From the NCBI GenBank assembly GCA_036785375.1, contig JAWMAR010003751.1, positions 1-64,000 on the forward strand: a stretch of 64,000 bases of DNA, read 5' to 3'. The notes below the pieces were generated by a model. The model was not told the origin of the DNA and did no database searches. It saw nothing but the letters and a program-made list of their open reading frames with translations. The position numbers and the translations under genes were made by a program. The DNA comes from Leucoraja ocellata. Its lineage: Eukaryota. Shown one piece after another: positions 23,857 to 37,101 of this stretch. Positions within the stretch are counted from its first letter, which is position 1; each line of letters opens with the position of its first letter.

Positions 23857-24014
23857 GCCGGATCCCTGTAGAAAGCCCTGCATGGGGATTACGTTGGCAG
23901 CTGCTGGTAATGGGAGTGAAACTTGCAACGTTCATTGTGATCAACGTTATAATAGTTTTCATCATCCGCTCATGGGAGTCTTGTGGATTTGCCAGCCGGA
24001 CAAAAGAAGCCTAA
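23857..24014 (+). CDS. Stalk/TM/cytoplasmic exon, unit B (frame intact although all unit-B V exons are broken)
   Basis: (R)RIPVESPAWGLRWQLLVMGVKLATFIVINVIIVFIIRSWESCGFASRTKEA*; donor at 24029/24030. Confidence 0.8.
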
Positions 24015-25031
24015 CAGGCTGGTCAAACGGTAAGAGGATTGCCAGCTGCATGTGTGGGTTGTATTAGCAGCTGAGGTCACTGGACAAGGTGAATCATATT
24101 GTCACCTGCGAGGAGCCACCACAGTGAAAATTTAACTGAACTTAACTGAACTGAACTGAACTTAACTTAACTTAACTTAACTTAACTAAACTAAAACAAA
24201 CTTAACTAAATTTAAACAAAACAAACTAAACAAAATTAAACTAATCAAAGCGAATCTAAACTAAACTTAAATTAACAACTAAACTAATCTTCAATACATT
24301 CAGTTCCATTGAAATCCCGCACTGCCTTGGCCACGCTCTCATTTCACTCCTACCATCAAGTAGAAGATATCTGAGTGAAACCGTGACCACAAGGTTCAAG
24401 AACAGCGTTTTCCCTGCAATTATCAGGCTCTTGAACCCCACAGAAGACTAGGCTCAACTATGGACATGAATGGACTTCGTTGTGTTGCACCAAGGATCTT
24501 GTATTTTCGTGTTTGCACCGGATACACATTTATTTTCGGTTTGTTTATTATATTTTATCTAAGTGTGTTGTATGTACAGCCCTGTTACGCTGCTGCCAGT
24601 AAGAATTCCATTGTCCGCTTGTCGGTACAACAAACTTAGATAAAATATAATCAACAAAACCAACAACAAATTTGTAACTAGTGCAAACCCTCTTGAATCT
24701 TGCAACGTAGACTTACTGCAACATAACAAAGGCGACGTGGCAGGGAAAACTAGACCGAACCTGGCCAGAAGTAAGGAGCTCATCCAGGACTTGGATGGTA
24801 CATGGATAGGTGGGTTTAGTGTAACTGAGACATGTTGGCTGGTGTGGGGAGTGTGGGCCATAAGATCATGTTTCCACGCTGTATCACTCCATGACTCTAT
24901 GACTAGGAGCTATGTCGACACATACTTGACAAGAACTTTAATAACAATAATGTAGTCAATTGTGTTCAATGCTATTAATGTTTTTGTGCCTGTACATGTG
25001 GTATAATAATATATCTATTTTATTTTCACAG

Positions 25032-25209
25032 ACCATAAGTGTTGAACTCCCTACATATTTGAATCAACTCATCCAACAGATCAAACCATGAAAAGCAAAC
25101 TCATTACTGAATCAACATTAGCTCAGTCAGCTGTGCTGGTACTGTTGTGGGCCATTTGGGATAATGTAATTTGTGCAATCTTACACTCATTAAAACTCCA
25201 CATTGTCTT
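25032..25209 (+). other. Terminal 3'-UTR exon, unit B, ATTAAA at 25189-25194
   Basis: Paralog of 3563-3740. Confidence 0.6.
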
Positions 25210-27321
25210 CTTGTTTGTTCGTTCCTGACAACAACAGATTCAAGTCAGAGTGGTTACATTTCAAACGCAGACCATTAGACAATAGACAATAGACAATATT
25301 TGGTCTACAGTATACAAGCCCAGCCGCTCCATTCTCTCAGCATATGACAGTCCCGCCATCCCTGGAATTAACCTTGTACTCCCTCAATAGCAAGAATGTC
25401 CTTCCTCAAATTAGGGGACCAAAACTGCAGATAATACTCCAGGTGTGGTCTCACTAGGGCCCTATACAGCTGCAGAAAGATCTCTTTGCTCCTATACTCA
25501 CCTCCTCTTGTTATAAGGGCCAACATGCCATTCGCTTTCTTCACTGCCTGCTGCACCTGCATGCCCACTTTCATTGACTGATGAACAAGGACCCCCCAGA
25601 TCCTGCTGCACCTCCCCAAGCGCCGATACCCTCTGAAGAAGCGTCTTCACCTGAAACATCACCCATTCCTTTTCTCCAGAGATGCTGCCTGACCCGCGGA
25701 GTTACTCCAGCTTTTTGTATCTATTTTCGGACAGTCCTCTTGTGTTCCATTTGCCTGATGGATCTCCCGGTTTCAAACCATTTTAACTCTCCTTCCCATT
25801 CCCACACCGACCCCTCTGCCCTGAGTCTCCTCCATTGCCTGAGTGAGGCCATTGGAGAAACTGGACCTCATACTCCATCTCGGTAGCTTAGAACCCAATA
25901 TTGAACTGTGAATTTTCTAATGTCAGATCACGCCAGTTCTGGCGACAGTTCGAGCTCGACAAACGAATCTTCGACACCAAGGTGTCTCGGCCACAAGATG
26001 GCGCCACAATGGTGTGATTTGACAGAGATTGTTACAGGTTGTAATAATAGACCAATAATGACACTTTGTTAATAGGATCTTGTTCATGTTCTTTATATAA
26101 TGACAACAATTTATCGCTGAATGATGTGCGCTGGAAAGTTATTAAAAGTCCTGCTGTATCCGAAACTGTAATAAGTCTCATCTGTTACACGGATGTCCAT
26201 TCTACCGGTATATACACGTATGTGTCTCATAAGGTCATAAGGTCATAAGGTCATAAGTGATAGGAGCAGAATTAGGCCATTTTGTCCATCGAGTCTACTC
26301 CACCATTCAATCATGGCTGATCTATCTCTCCCTCCTAACCCCATTCCCCTGCCTTCTCCCCATTCCTCTAACACCTGTACTAATCAATAATCTATCTATC
26401 TTCGCCTTACAAATATCCACTGACTTGGCCTCAACAACCTTCTGTGGCAAATAACTCCACAGATTCATCACCCTCTGACTAAATAAATTCCTCCCCATCT
26501 CCTTCCGAAAAGAACCTCCTTTAATTCTGATGCTATGACCTCGAGTCCTAGACTCTCTCGTTAGTGGAATAATCCTCTCCACATCCACTCTATCCAAGCC
26601 TTTCACTATTCAGTAAATGTCAATGAGATATCCTCTCATCCTTCTAAATTCCTGCTGTTACAGGCCCAGTGCCGTCAAACGCTCATCATATGTTAACCCA
26701 CTCAATCCTGGGATCATTCTTGTAAATCTCCTCTGGACCCTCTCCGGAGCCAGCACATCCTTCCTCAGATGTTGGTCTTGTAGAATCCTACAGCTCCTCT
26801 CCTTGGCATTCACTGCAACCCGATCTCAGATAAAACATTTCCCATCTCCGCAATGTGTTAACAAACAATCTGAAATAGTGTTTGAAATTAACCCAAGGAA
26901 TATACACAAGTAAAAGATCACAACATCCCAAAGGAGCAGCAGCAACTGTGGAGAACATGGTTATTACCGGATTGTCTGCAGAACAAAGTACTTCACTGCA
27001 TCAAGGTACATGTGAGAATCAAGTGTCATTAGGGCGGCCCGGTGGCGCAGCGGTAGAGTTGCTGCTTACAGCACTTTCAGCGGCAGAAACGCAGGTTCGA
27101 TCCCGACTACGGGTACTGTCTGCACGGAGTTTGTTCGTCCTGTTGTCTCCGAGATCATCAGTTAAATCCCACACTCCAAAGACATACAGGTTTGTAGGTT
27201 AACTGGCTCAGTATATATGTAAATTGTCCCTAGTGTGTGTAGTGTAGTGTTAATGTGCGGGGATCGCTGGTCGGTGCGGACACGGTGGACCGAATGGCCT
27301 GTTTCCGCGCTGTATCTCCAA

Positions 27322-29270
27322 AACATAGAAACATAGAAAATACCATTCGACCCTTCGAGCCAGCACCGCCATTCATTGTGATCATGGCTGATTATTCCCA
27401 ATCAGTAACCCGTGCCTGCCTTCTCCCCATACCCCTTGACTCCACTAGCCCCTAGAGCTCTATCTAACTCTCTCTTAAATCCATCCAGTGACTTGGCCTC
27501 CACTGCCCTCTGTGGCAGGGAATTCCACAAATTCACAACTCTCTGGGTGAAATCGTTTTTTCTCACCTCAGTCTTAAATGCCTCCCCTTTATTTTAAGAC
27601 TGTGTGGCCCCTGGTTCTGGACTCGTCGAACATTGGGAATTTTTTGCCAGCATCTAGCTTGTCCAGTCCTTTTATAATTTTATATGTTTCTAAAAGATAT
27701 CCCCTCATCCTTCTAAACTCCAGTGAATATAAGCCTAGTATTTTCAATCTTTCCTCATATGACACTCCCTCCATCCCAGGGATCAATCTCGTGAATCTAT
27801 GCTGCACTGCCTCAATCACAAGGATGTCTTCCCTCAAATTCGGAGACCAAAACTGTACACAATACTCCAGATTTGGTCTTTCTAGAGCCCTATACAACTT
27901 CAGAAGAACCTCTGCACTCCTATACTGAAATTCTCTTGTAATGAAGGCTAACATTCCATTAGTTTTCTTCACTGCCTGCTACACCTGTAAGCCAACTTTC
28001 AGTGACAGGTGTACAAGGACACCCAGGTCTCGCTGTACCTCCCCCTTATCTAACCTAACCCCATTGAGATAATAATCTGCCCCCTTGTATTTCCGCCAAA
28101 GTGTATAATCCCACATTTATCTATATTATACTGCATCTGCCCACTCACTCAACTTGTCCAGGTCACCCTGCAACCTCCTAACATCCTCTTCACTGTTCAT
28201 GGTAAGCAGTTGTGAACCCAACACCGAGCCTTGCGGCACTCCACTCGCCACTGCCTGCCAATCTGAAAAAGACACGTTCACTCCTCCTCTTTGCTTCCTG
28301 TCTGCCAACCAATTTTCTATCCATGTCAACACCCTACCCCCAATACCATGCGCTCTAATTTTAGTCACCAGTCTCCCGTGCGGGACCTTATCAAAGGCTT
28401 TCTGAAAGTCTAGATACACTACATCCACTGGCTCCCCTTCATCCATTTTGCTTGTCATATCCTCAAAAGATTAGTCAAGCATGATTTCCCTTTCATAAAT
28501 CCATGTTGACTTGGACTTATCCTTTTACTGCTATCCAAATGCCCCATTATTACATCTTTAATAATTGACCAGCATATTTCCCACCACCGAAGTCAGGCTA
28601 ACTGGTCTATAATTCCCCGTTTTCTCTCTCGCTCCTTTCTTGAAAAGTGAGATAACATTAGCTATCCTCCAATCAACAGGAACTGATCCTGAATCTATGT
28701 AACATTGGAAAATGATCACCAATGCGTCCACTATTTCTAGAGCCACCTCCCTGAGAACCATCAGGTCCAGGGGATTTATCATCCTTCAGTCCCATTAGTC
28801 TACCCAATACTATGTCTCGCCTAATGAAAATTTACTTCGGTTCCTCTACCCCTGTAGATCCTCAGTCCTCCAGTACATCTGGGAGATTGATTGTGTCTTC
28901 CTTAGTGAAGGCAGATCCGAAGTACCTATTCAACTCTTCTGCCATTTCCTTGTTCCCCATAATGATTTCACCCGTGTCTGCCTTCAAGGGACCCACATTT
29001 GACTTTGCTATTATTTTTGCCTTAACATCTGCAAATAAGCTTTCACTGTCCTTCTTTATATTCCTGGCCAGCTTCCCCTCTTACTTCATCTGTTCAGCCC
29101 GTATTGCCCGTTTTGTCTCCTTCTGTTGTCCCATGAAAGTTTCCCAATCCTCTGGCTTCCGGCTACTCTTTGCTGCATTATACATTTTCCTCTTAATTTT
29201 ATTCTATCCGTAACTTCTCTTGTCAGCCACGTTTGCCTCCTACTCTCATTAGAATCTCTTCCTTTTTGAA
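27322..29270 (-). mobile_element. Degenerate CR1 LINE (unit B paralog)
   Basis: RT motifs in ORFs 27589-28782. Confidence 0.92.
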
Positions 29271-29861
29271 CTAACTAAACTAAACTGATCTAAACTGAAC
29301 GAAACTGAACGAAACTAAACATTATTGAATCTCGGAATAGGTGACGTTTCGGGTGAGAACACTTATTCAGACTTTGTGTCTATTTTTGTAAACCAGCATT
29401 TACAGTTCCTTGTTTCTACAATATATACAGTTGGTTCTGCTATAACTTGACATCTGTTTCTTGAAGCAACCTCGCCATTATGACAATTGGAAACGAGGGT
29501 TTGGTCTCGAGTGTTTCTGAAATTAACGCTTAACCCCCAGACAATTCTCCATAACAATTAGGTTTTTTCCATAGCTAATACAATAATATATATTAGCTAT
29601 GAAAAAAATCCTTGAAAACCTACTGTATATCTGATTTACTGCAAGCTAAAATACTAATGTTACATTGTTAAATCGATTAGTATTGTACAATATATTGCTT
29701 GTAAATTCAATGGCTTCCTGCAGCGAAACTGACAGCCTGAGTTCTTAAGAAACAAATGATCATTGATCACTACAGGGAGGTTACATGGAAACAGTTTTTC
29801 GTTATTCCCGACTGTTTTCCCACAAGGCCGGTTTTATTCCTGCATGTAAATTTGCATAATA

Positions 29862-31476
29862 CAGTGGTTTGCAAAAGTTTTTCAAACCCCATGAACTTTT
29901 CCACATTTTGTCACGTTACAACCACAAATGTAAATGTATTTTATTGGGATTTTATGTGATAGACCAACACAAAGTGGTGCAAAATTGTGAAGTGGAAGGA
30001 AAATGATCCATGGTTTTCAATTTTTTTTACAAATAAAAAACTGAAATGTGTGGCGTGCAAAATTATTCAGCCGCCCTGAGTCAATACTTTGTAGAACCAC
30101 CTTTCGCTGCAATTACAGCTGCAAGTCTTTTGGGGTATGTCTCTACCAGCTTTGCACATCTAGAGACAACTTTTTGCCCATTCTTCTTTGCAAAATAGCT
30201 CAAGCTCAGTCAGATTGGATGGAGAGCGTCTCTGAACAGCAATTTTCAAGTCTTGCCAGAGATTCTCAATTGGATTTAGGTCTGGACTTTGACTGGGCCA
30301 TTCTATCACATGAATATGCTCTGATCTAAACCATTCCAATGTAGCTCTGGCTGTATGTTTAGGGTCGTTGTCCTGCTGGAAGGTGAACCTCCGCCCCAGT
30401 CTCAAGTCTTTTGCAGATTCTAACAGGTTTTCTTCCAAGATTGCCCTGTATTTGGCTCCATCCATCTTCCCATCAACTCTGACCAGCTTCCCTGTCCCTG
30501 CTGAAGAAAAGCATCCCCAGAGCATGATGCTGCCACCACCATGTTTCACAGTGGGGATGGTGTGTTCAGGGTGATGTGCAGTGTTAGTTTTCCGCCACAC
30601 ATAGCGTTTTGCATTTAGGCCAAAAACTTCAATTTTGTTCTCATCTGACCGGAGCACCTTCCTCCACATGTTTGCTATGTCCCCCACATGGCTTATGGCA
30701 AACTGCAAACGGGACTACTTATGGCTTTTTTCAACAATGCCTTTCTTCTTGCCACTCTTCCATAAAGGCCCGATTTGTGGAATGCACGACTAATAGTTGT
30801 CCTGTGGACAGATTCTCCCACCTGAGCTGTGGATCTCTGCAGCTCCTCCAGAGTTACCATGGGCCTCTTGGCTGCTTCTCTGATCAATGCTATCCTTGCC
30901 CGGCCTGTCAGTTTAGGTGGACGGCCATGTCTTGGTAGGTTTGTAGTTGTGCCATACTCTTTCCATTTTCGGATGATGGGTTGAACAGTGCTCCGTGAGA
31001 TGTTCAAAGCTTGGGATATTTTTTTTATAACCTGACCCTGCTTTAAACTTCTCCACAACTTTATCGCTGACCTGTCTGGTGTGTTCCTTGGGCTTCATAA
31101 TGGTGTTTGTTCACTAATGTTCTCTAACAAACCTCTGAGGCCTTCACAGAACAGCTGTATTTATACTGAGATTAGATTACACACAAGTGGACTTTATTTA
31201 CTAATTAGGTGACTTCTGAAGGCAATTGGTTGCACTGGATTTTATTTAGGGGTATCAGAGTAAAGGGGGCTGAATACTTTTGCACGACACACTTTTCAGT
31301 TTTTTATTTGTAAAAAAATTGAAAACCATGTATCATTTCCCTTCCACTTCACAATTATGCGCCACTTTGTGTTGGTCTATCACATAAAATCCCAATAAAA
31401 TACATTTACGTTTGTGGTTGGAACGTGACAAAATGTGGAAACGTTGAAGGGTTATGAATACTTTTGCAAGCCACTG
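29862..31476 (-). mobile_element. Full-length (~1.6 kb) Tc1 transposon with long TIRs; transposase frameshifted
   Basis: TA|CAGTGG.TTGCAAAAG ... CTTTTGCAAGCCACTG ends; ~200-bp inverted termini; transposase split over ORFs 30913-31098, 30693-31058 and 30160-30708. Confidence 0.95.
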
Positions 31477-31889
31477 TGGGTTTCAAGTCTACCCCACGAC
31501 AGGAAGGGGAGGAGTTGTACAGTTTGATCGCCACAGGGAAGAAGGATCTCCAGTGACGTTCTGTGCTGCATCTTGGTGGAACCAGTCTGTTGCCTGCCCT
31601 CCAAGGCCACCAGCCTTCCTGTTGAGTTTTAGCTGGAGAAACCCAAGGCATGGTGACCACACAGAATTTGCCCTCGTCACCCAACATGGTTTACTGAAGC
31701 TAGAATTGTGCCGGATGCAGATAAGACTGGAGGTTGACGAGACCTCTCTGTTTTTGTAGCTCGGTGTTTCGCTTCGCCCCCTGTAAGAAGTCCAAGGGCT
31801 GCTTTAGATCCAACGCTGCCAGTGCGCGACAATTGAGTGGGGGTAAGTACCGGAATATCGAGTAGCCCTGGGTAGGGCGTTGGGAATAT

Positions 31890-32284
31890 TGTGTGTTTAT
31901 GTTGGTGGGTCTAACCAGGTTAGTTTGTGTGTTTATGTGTAGTGGGATGTTGGTGGGTCTAACCAGGTTAGTTTGTGTGTTTGTGTGTAGTGGGATGTTG
32001 GTGGGTCTAACCAGGTTAGATTGTGTATTTATGTTAGTGGGATGTTGGTGGGTCTAACCAGGTTAGTTTGTGTGTTTATGTGTAGTGGGATGTTGGTGGG
32101 TCTAACCAGGTTAGTTTGTGTGTTTATGTGTAGTGGGATGTTGGTGGGTCTAACCAGGTCAGTTTGTGTGTTTATGTTGGTGGGATGTTGGTGGGTCTAA
32201 CCAGGTTAGTTTGTGTGTTTATGTTTAGTGGGATGTTGGTGGGTCTAACCAGGTTAGTTTGTGTGTTTATGTGTAGTGGGATGT
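31890..32284. repeat. 48-bp minisatellite, ~8 copies (paralog 56203-56478, ~6 copies)
   Basis: Unit GGGATGTTGGTGGGTCTAACCAGGTTAGTTTGTGTGTTTATGTGTAGT. Confidence 0.95.
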
Positions 32285-32454
32285 CACGGGGAGAACGTGA
32301 GTCCGCACCCGTGGTCGGATCGAACCCGGGACTCTGGCGCTGTAAGCGCTGTAAGGCAGCAACTCTACCGCTTCGCCACCATGGCCGCCAGTCTCATGCG
32401 GTAGAAGACTGAGTGTTGGGCAATGAGTTACCCTGCAGGGTGTTCATGGATGGT

Positions 32455-32795
32455 AGGGAGAGGAGGAAGGGTGGTGGGGGTGGGGGTGGGGAGAGGTGGA
32501 GGCAGAGAAGGGGAGAGGTGGTGAGAGAGAGGGGAGAGAGGAGGGAGGGAAGAGAGGGGACGAGATGTGGTGAGAGAGCGGGAGAGAGAGGGGGAGGAGA
32601 GGGAGGGGGGGCGAGAGGTGGTGAGAGAGAGGGGTAGAAAGGGGGAGAGAGGAGGGAGGGGGAGAGGGGGGAGAGGTGGTGAGAGAGAGGGGTAGAGAGG
32701 GGGAGAGAGGATGGAGGGGGAGAGGGGGGAGAGGTGATGAGAGAGTGGGGGAGAGAGGGGAGAGAGAGGGCGGAGAGGAAGGGAGGGGAAGAGAC
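32455..32795. repeat. Polypurine (G/A-rich) low-complexity tract (shorter paralog 56830-56948)
   Basis: Direct inspection. Confidence 0.9.
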
Positions 32796-33379
32796 TGTTA
32801 CACATTATTATATTAAACTTCTCTTGTTTGTGTATCGAGGTGGGCGGGGAATTAAAGAATGTGTACGGGGAAACAACCCTCTTAAAGATAGCGGAGTCAG
32901 GGGATATGGGGAGAAGGCAGGAACGGGGTACTGATTGTGGATGATCAGCCATGATCACATTGAATGGCGGTGCTGTCTCGAGGGCCGAATGGCCTACTCC
33001 TGTACCTGTTGTCTATTGTCTATTGACTATTGCCTGTTTCCGTTGATCATCGTAACTTTTTTGCACATCTCACGTTTCCCTTTCCCCAGACCCTCAGTGT
33101 GAAGATGGGTCTCGACCCGAACGTCACCCATTCCTTCTCTCCAGAGATGTTGCCTGTCCCGCTGAGTTATTCCCGCTTGTTCTGTCTTTGCCATGGTTAC
33201 CTCTTTTTGCTTTTAACAGAGTAATGGGAAGCACACGGAATGGGATCAGGCCCTTCGGCTTCAACTTGCCCACACCGACCAACACTGTCCCATCTACACC
33301 AGTCCCACCTGCCGGCGTATCCGCCAGGTTGAAACCCCCCCCCGCAATTCGTGTGTTCTAGTTGGAGAGTGGAGAGTAT

Positions 33380-33700
33380 GAACTTTAAACCCACAACTCC
33401 GCGAGATATCAAGTTGGTGGACACATTTGTGAACCATGTGAATGTAGAAGGGCGGTAAATCCAGAGGAACTAAACACTTGGCGTTAACCAGGCTGCAGAT
33501 GCGGTATCTCTACATACATCTCCACACGTCGTTACTAAACATACACTTATTTTCTTAGAATGTAATTACAACATTTAGGAAGTTCAGTCGCCTGCTTGTG
33601 AGGAAGTGAAACTAGCTGATGATTTCATTTTATTTCATGTGAAAAGATCAGAATATCTTTATCTTGCTTCCTCTTGCTTGAAGTCCACTGTTACCCCCAT
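33380..33700. promoter_or_regulatory. Putative leukocyte enhancer or promoter: ETS/PU.1 site cluster with an EICE-type composite and a RUNX site
   Basis: Non-repeat island containing GAGGAAGTGAAACT (33600-33613; matches GGAAnnGAAA), GAGGAACT (33464), AGGAAGTT (33577), GCTTCCTCT (33666, minus strand) and TGCGGT (33500). Lies ~5.5 kb upstream of the unit C leader. Confidence 0.45.
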
Positions 33701-33829
33701 GTTGATATGATGATCGGCCTGTTACTAGGGACCCCGGGATCCAATTATCCACGTTTGATCTAGACCCTGACTGCTGTCTAAATAGAGTCTGCACATCTCC
33801 CAATGCACCTCTTGGGGTTACTTGTGGGA

Positions 33830-36385
33830 AACTGGGAAATGGCAGATTAGTTGAATAAGTACTTTGGATCCGTCTTCACTAAGGAGGACACAAACAATCT
33901 TCCTGATATAGTAGTGGCCAGAGGATCTGGGGTGACGGAGGAACTGAAGGAAATCCGCATTAGGCACGAAATGGTGTTGGGTAGACTGATGGGAATGAAG
34001 GCTGATAAATCCCCAGGGCCTGATGGTCTGAATCCCAGGGTACTTAAGTAAGTGGTTCTAGAAAATCGTGGATGCATTGGTGATCATTTTCCAATGTTCT
34101 ATAGACTCAGAATCAGTTCCTGTGGATTGGAGGGTAGCTAATGTTATCCCACTTTTTCAGAAAGGCGGGAGAGAGAAAACAGGGAATTATAGACCACTTA
34201 GCCTGATATTGGTGGTGGGGAAGATGCTGGAGTCAAACATAAAAGATGAAATAGCGGCACATTTGGATAGCAGTAACAGGATCGGTCCGAGTCAGCATGG
34301 ATTTATGAAGGGGAAATCATGCTTGACTAATCTTCTGGTGTTTTTTGAGGATGTAACTGGGAAATTGGACAAGGGAGAGTCAGTGGATGTAATTATTTCT
34401 GGGGTGGAATAATGGTTAGTATGGATGCTGCACATCTTCCCAGTACCTGGGTTTGATTCTCAGCCTGGGTGTTGTTGCTGTAGATATTTTGCACGTTGTA
34501 CCTGTGATTGGACTGTATGTTTGTTCCCTGGCTTCTTCTCGTGTCACAAAGGTTTGCTGGCAGGGTTAATTGGCCGGTGTAAATTGCCTCTAGAGTAGGT
34601 GGGTGCTGAGTGATGTTTGTGGCACGTGAGGGTAAATCTATCACAGGAAATACGTGGAGAATGCATCTCTGGTGAAATTACAGCAGCAGTTTGCTGGAAT
34701 ACTCGGGAGATTTCTCCATACTCTTCTATTTTAAAATGGCTTCAGACTGTGACCACATTCTCACGGATAAATGTAAGGTTATCCACTTTGGTAGCAAAAA
34801 CAGGAAGGCAGATTAATATCTAATTGGCATCAAGTTGGGAAAAGGGGAAGTACAACGGGATCTGGGGGTCCTTGTACATCAGTCTATGAAAGTATGCATG
34901 CAGGTACAGCAGGCAGTGAAGAAAGCGAATGGCATGTTGGCCTTTATAACAAGAGGAATCGAATGTAGGAGCAAAGAGGTCCTTCTGCAGTTGTACAGGG
35001 ACCTAGTGAGGCCACACCTGGAGTATTATGTGCAGTGTTGGCCCCCTAATCTGAGGAATTACATTATTGCTATGGAGGGACTGCAGCGTAGGTTTACAAG
35101 GTTAATTCGCAGGATGGCGGGACAGTCATACGCTGCGAGAATGGAGCGGCTGGGCTTGTACACTCTGGAGTTTAGGAGGATGAGAGGGTATCTCATTGAA
35201 ACATATAAGATTGTTAAGTGTTTGGACACGCTGGAGGCAGGAAACTTGTTCCCGATGTTGGGGGAGTCCAGAACCAGGGGCCACAGTTTAAGAATAAGGA
35301 GTAAACCACTTAGAACGGAGATAAGGAAACACTTTTCTCACAGAGAATGGTGAATATGGAATTCTCTGCTTCAGATGGCGGTGGAGGCAGGTTCTTTGGA
35401 TGCTTTCAAGAGAGAGCTAGATAGGGCTATTAAAAATTGCTGTATCAGGGGATATGGGGAGAAGGCGGGAACGGGGTACTGATTGGGAATAATCAGCCAT
35501 GATCACATTGAATGGTGGTGCTGGCTCGAAGGGCCGAATGACCTACTCCTGCACCCATTGTCTATTGTCTATTGTCAATAATGTACCTGGACTTTCAGGA
35601 AACATTTGATAAGGTCCACATAGGAGACTAGTGGGCAAAACTAGGGCACAAGGTATTGGGGGTAGAGTGCTGACATGGATAGAAAAGTGGTTGTAAGACT
35701 GGAAACAAAGAGAAGGGATTAACGGATCCCTTTAAGAATGGCAGGCAGTGACTGCTGGGGTACAGCAAGGCTCGGTGCTGGGACCGCAGCTATTTACAAT
35801 ATATATTAATGATTTAGATGGTATTCAAAGTAACATTAGCAAATTTGCAGATGACACAAAGCTGGGTGGCAGTGTGAACTATGAGGAGGATGCTATGAGA
35901 ATGCAGGGTGACTTGGACAGGTTGAGTGAGTGGGCAGGTGCAGTTTAATGTAGGTAAATGTGAGGTTATCCACGTTGGTAAAAAAAAAACAGGAATTAAG
36001 ATTATTATCTAAATGGTGTCGTTGGGAAATAGGGGAAGTACAACGGGGTCTGGGGGTCCTTGTTCTTCAGTCAATGATAGTAGGCATGCAGGTATAGCAG
36101 GCAGTGAAGAACGCGAATGGCCTGTTGGCCTTTATAACAAGAGGAGTTGAGTACAGGAGCAAAGAGGTCCTTCTGCAGTTGTACAGAGCCCTAGTGAGAC
36201 CACACCTGGAGTATTGCGTGCAGTTTTGGTTTCTAAATTTGAGGAAGGACATTCTTGCTATTGAGGGAGTGCAGCGTAGGTTCACCAGGTTAATTCCCGG
36301 AATGGCGGGACCGCCATATGCTGAGAAAATTGAACGGCTGGACTTGTACACTCTGGAGTTTAAATGGATGAGAGGGGATCTTATT
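33830..36385 (+). mobile_element. Cluster of nested or fragmented CR1 LINE pieces (33830-34391, 34765-35577, 35581-36385); paralog 57305-58920
   Basis: KSPGPDG, NYRP, QHGFMKGKSCLTNL, QGSVLGP and FADD motifs; (TATTGTC)n tail at ~35557-35577. Confidence 0.9.
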
Positions 36386-37101
36386 GCACTAAACGTTATT
36401 CCCATATCATCTATCTCTACACTGTAAATGGCTCAATTGTTATCACCTATTTGTCTTTCTGCTGAACGCAACAAAAGCTTTTCACTGTACCTCAGATAGA
36501 CACAAAATCTGGAGTGACTAAATAGACAATAGACAACAGGTGCAGGAGTAGGCCATTCGGCCCTTCGAGCCAGCACCGCCATTCACTGTGATCATGGCTG
36601 ATCATCCACAATCAGTACCCCGTCCCCGCCTTCTCCCCATATCCCTTGACTCCGCTTCCTTTGAGCTCTATCTAACTCAGCGGGACAGGCAGCATCTCTG
36701 GAGATAAGGAATTGATGACGTTTCCACTTCTTCAGACCTCTGTATCTCGGTACATGTGACACTACACTAAACTGAGTGCTGATCCAGATTATCCGATCGG
36801 GCTATGAACGAAATCCCGAATTCTGAATTTGAGATCAATAAACATCTAACTATTGGATCTGCCACTAAGTGGATTGTTTGCCACACATATTTAAATGGAT
36901 TCGTCAACTGTGAGGCACCTAACACCCTCTTTCCTCCGGAAAAGCGGCCCAGCTTGTTCCTTCTGAAGCGGTTTCACAATGTTGCACCCAAGACGTTATT
37001 TAAAAAAAACCCCATCGTGCTGGAGGCACTAAACGGGTCAGGCAGCATCTCTGGAGGTCAAAACAATGAACCACATGTGTTAGTTAATGTCCAGGCATGT
37101 A

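Noticed and set aside
32428-32958. Pro/Leu/Ser-rich 176-aa ORF
   Set aside because: Reverse translation of a polypurine low-complexity tract plus a CR1 3' UTR.
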